A stretch of 64,000 bases of DNA from Heterodontus francisci. Its lineage: Eukaryota. Positions 61,657-64,000 of the stretch are shown piece after piece. The DNA lies in the NCBI RefSeq assembly GCF_036365525.1, contig NC_090394.1, forward strand, positions 65,273,743 to 65,337,742, read 5' to 3'. The stretch's first letter is position 1. Every line of letters begins with the position of its first letter. Both the position numbers and the translations under genes were made by a program. The notes below the pieces were generated by a model. The model made no database searches. It was given only the letters and a program-made list of their open reading frames with translations, and was not told the DNA's origin.

Positions 61657-64000
61657 TTTGGCGTAATAAAGAGTCAATTACAAAAAGAAAGGGATAAACG
61701 AGAGGAGGAACGACCCAGACATATAGAAGAGACAGGTCGGTGGGCTGGGAAAGTGGAGTTCCTGAAGGCATATTGCGCAGATGTATCACAATGTATCAAG
61801 GGAAAGGGAAAAGAGGGAGATGGACGAGAGATTGTTGAAACAGAGGTGTAGTGAAGCTGAGCAGGAGCAAGACGATGTTAAGGTCACCTACTGGGTTTTG
61901 CAGTCCAAGTGCATGACCAGGATAGACCATGCATTAAGCTCAGGGAACTATTCAGCCCTACCAGAGGAATGGCTCGAGGCACCTGGAACAAATGAAGACT
62001 TGGGTAGCTAGGGCTATGGGCCTGAGAAAAGGGGACGCATAGCAGCTAGTTCAGAATACTCATCAAAGAATGACTGTGAAAGGCTGCTGCATAACCTCTT
62101 GGAGTCTGTCTGCTTTGTGAGAGTTTATCGTTTTCCTTTGGGTTTTAATTATAGTTGTTGCAAGATATTTGAAGAAAGGAGAATTGGGATTGTTGACGTA
62201 ATTGATTTATTTCTGTTTCCCTTCCTTTAAACGCACGTGCTACTCTTTTCTGTCTGTGGGTGTGTGTGGATTTATTTATTTTATTTGGGTGCATGATGTT
62301 TGTGTGCTTGAATTTGTGATTTTCAGTGAGATTTTGAAACTAAGACGTACTGGCACAAACTACTGGCTACTGGGGATGAAGCTCCAGTTTGTTTTCCAAA
62401 TATAAAGATAAGTCCGGAGCCTTGTAAAAGTCCAGCAGAAACAACAGTTTAAACCTTTCAAACTTTTTCAGCAAGTTAAAGAAGACACAATTCAAATGTG
62501 GTTAAGTCGGGAACATCAGAACTTGGAAGTTATTCTAAAGGACAGGGAAAAGTTGCCAGGAGTAGGGGATCAAGTGATTGTTAGGGTCCTACTTGCAAAA
62601 TTAGGCTTAGCACCTCACTGGCAAGGGCCTTATGAGGTCCCGATGACCAGCAACACTTGTACGTGTGGATGTGGAAGGGGAAGGCCGGTGGAAACACTGG
62701 ACACAGATCAAGGAGTATGGAAATGCAAAGAATAATAAGGACTAACCAGTGACGACCGGCGTCCACTATGTTCTCTCTTTACAGGATCATAAAAACCGCA
62801 GTACTGCTGATATGTCTGGCAACCACAATCGTGAAAGGAACCAAGTCAGTTGACTGGGAGCCCAACAAGGCCTGTTCTATAAGAACTCGAATGATGCCAA
62901 TTACAATCGGGCACATGGAACGTTAAATGACATGGTTAACAAACTAGTATGCCTAAGGAGTAGCTCAGAACAGTTGGGAGTAGTGAACAGCAGTGCCTGA
63001 AGTTGCAAAGTGTGGCAATGAAGGTTCCCTTTATACTTAAAGCAGTCATGCTTTAATCTAGCGTCAGTATCATCCACTATAGTTCTAACTTTATAACCCC
63101 GATTACATTTGTATGCAGTTACTTGTCGGATTATGTCCTATTCGAGTTATTTGTTATTAAATTGTCTAACAACGTGAATGTTGACTGCAGGCTCCCATTT
63201 TGGGTAATCTCCTCATCATCTGTATCCTAAACAGGAGAGGTTGTTAGACACCATTAAGTGTACATGAGCATATTGGCTAGCTTCGTGGCTGAACGGCACA
63301 GCCAGATTCACTGATTCAATTACAACTCTTAATTTAAAAAAAAATTGAACTGCTAGAATAATTGTGTAGAGCCAGTCAATATTTATTAATGAATTACAGC
63401 TGTTAGCTAGAATGAGCTTGCTGACTTCTAAATCATATTGAGCAACGGAATTTTAAGTTAGATTTGAATTTAACCAACATGCTAGCAAAACACTAAAGAA
63501 CCGGGGCATTCAAATCCTTCTCGGGGTAGAGAATACAGGGATCATGGGAGATAGCAATTGGCCAAAGTAATACCTCACACCCAAAAACACAACCTGGAGA
63601 GATTCTCTTCTTACGGGATCTCGCTGGCTGGGTGTAGGGAATAATGTTGTCTGTCCACATCCCATAGGGATAGGGATGAGAGCCACGCATGGTTTTAATA
63701 CCACCCTAAACTGTACCTTTGAAATTTCCAGCGCCTGCCATGAACCGACGCAGGTGGCATATCGTAGAGAAGAGGAATACGGCATGACCACCGCGAGCCT
63801 CAATACCAGTACAGTAACTTCCACTGCCCAGTGATCAACTCGAGTTTCTGCTTCCACTCCCGGGCCCCAACGACAATCGGGCATTCGGTGATAACTCACA
63901 TCCGGCCTCCCTGTACGGAGTGGAAGAACATATCCGACAATCTAATGGAGGACTTGTTGAGATACCTGCTTTCCAAGGGGAAGCGAATCCCTAAACTTGC
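61657..64000 (+). mobile_element. Internally deleted ERV body: integrase C-terminus and env-like remnants (runs off the window)
   Basis: PGVGDQVIVRVL..LAPHWQGPYEV..(frameshift)..WKHWTQIK integrase GPY/F module at ~62550-62720. Env-type acceptor ttctctctttacag (62784) with signal-peptide-like MFSLYRIIKTAVLLICLATTIVKG (from 62768). Cys- and N-glycosylation-rich frameshifted ORF at ~63490-64000. Confidence 0.7.

Noticed and set aside
1-64000. CRISPR arrays, rRNA genes or prokaryotic operons
   Set aside because: The sequence is vertebrate with spliced genes; no regularly spaced repeat-spacer arrays or rRNA motifs were seen.

Overview
Vertebrate genomic DNA, almost certainly from a shark or ray (HE1-type V-SINE, Deu-domain SINEs, abundant CR1 LINEs). 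It matches the human 16p13.3 block SPSB3<-->NUBP2-><-IGFALS. Genes read directly from the sequence: the first coding exon of SPSB3 (minus strand, 38-169), a CpG-island bidirectional promoter (~9130-9690), a complete 7-exon NUBP2 (plus strand, 9560-33983, 272 aa) and an intact IGFALS with two coding exons (minus strand, 43929-40180, 609 aa). Less expected: (i) an open, splice-competent plus-strand exon (48186-48365) resembling the C-terminal region of PTPDC1, with no recognisable intact catalytic exons, so probably a decayed or interdigitated PTPDC1 paralogue overlapping the IGFALS locus; (ii) a candidate distal liver-type promoter and non-coding exon for IGFALS near 50.0 kb; (iii) the last two exons of an unidentified minus-strand gene (60581-59933); (iv) an internally deleted endogenous retrovirus with an atypical Cys-rich env remnant (61002 to the window end); (v) a degenerate hammerhead-like fold in NUBP2 intron 2. 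A large part of the window is transposon-derived (CR1, L2, RTE, Penelope-like, SINEs, hAT/Harbinger MITEs, solo LTR). Most ORF-track entries are TE fragments or their antisense shadows. Homology calls rest on recalled protein sequences, not database searches. Repeat boundaries are approximate unless a target-site duplication (TSD) is given. I see no demonstrably new biological system; the PTPDC1-like/IGFALS overlap and the ERV env are the best leads.
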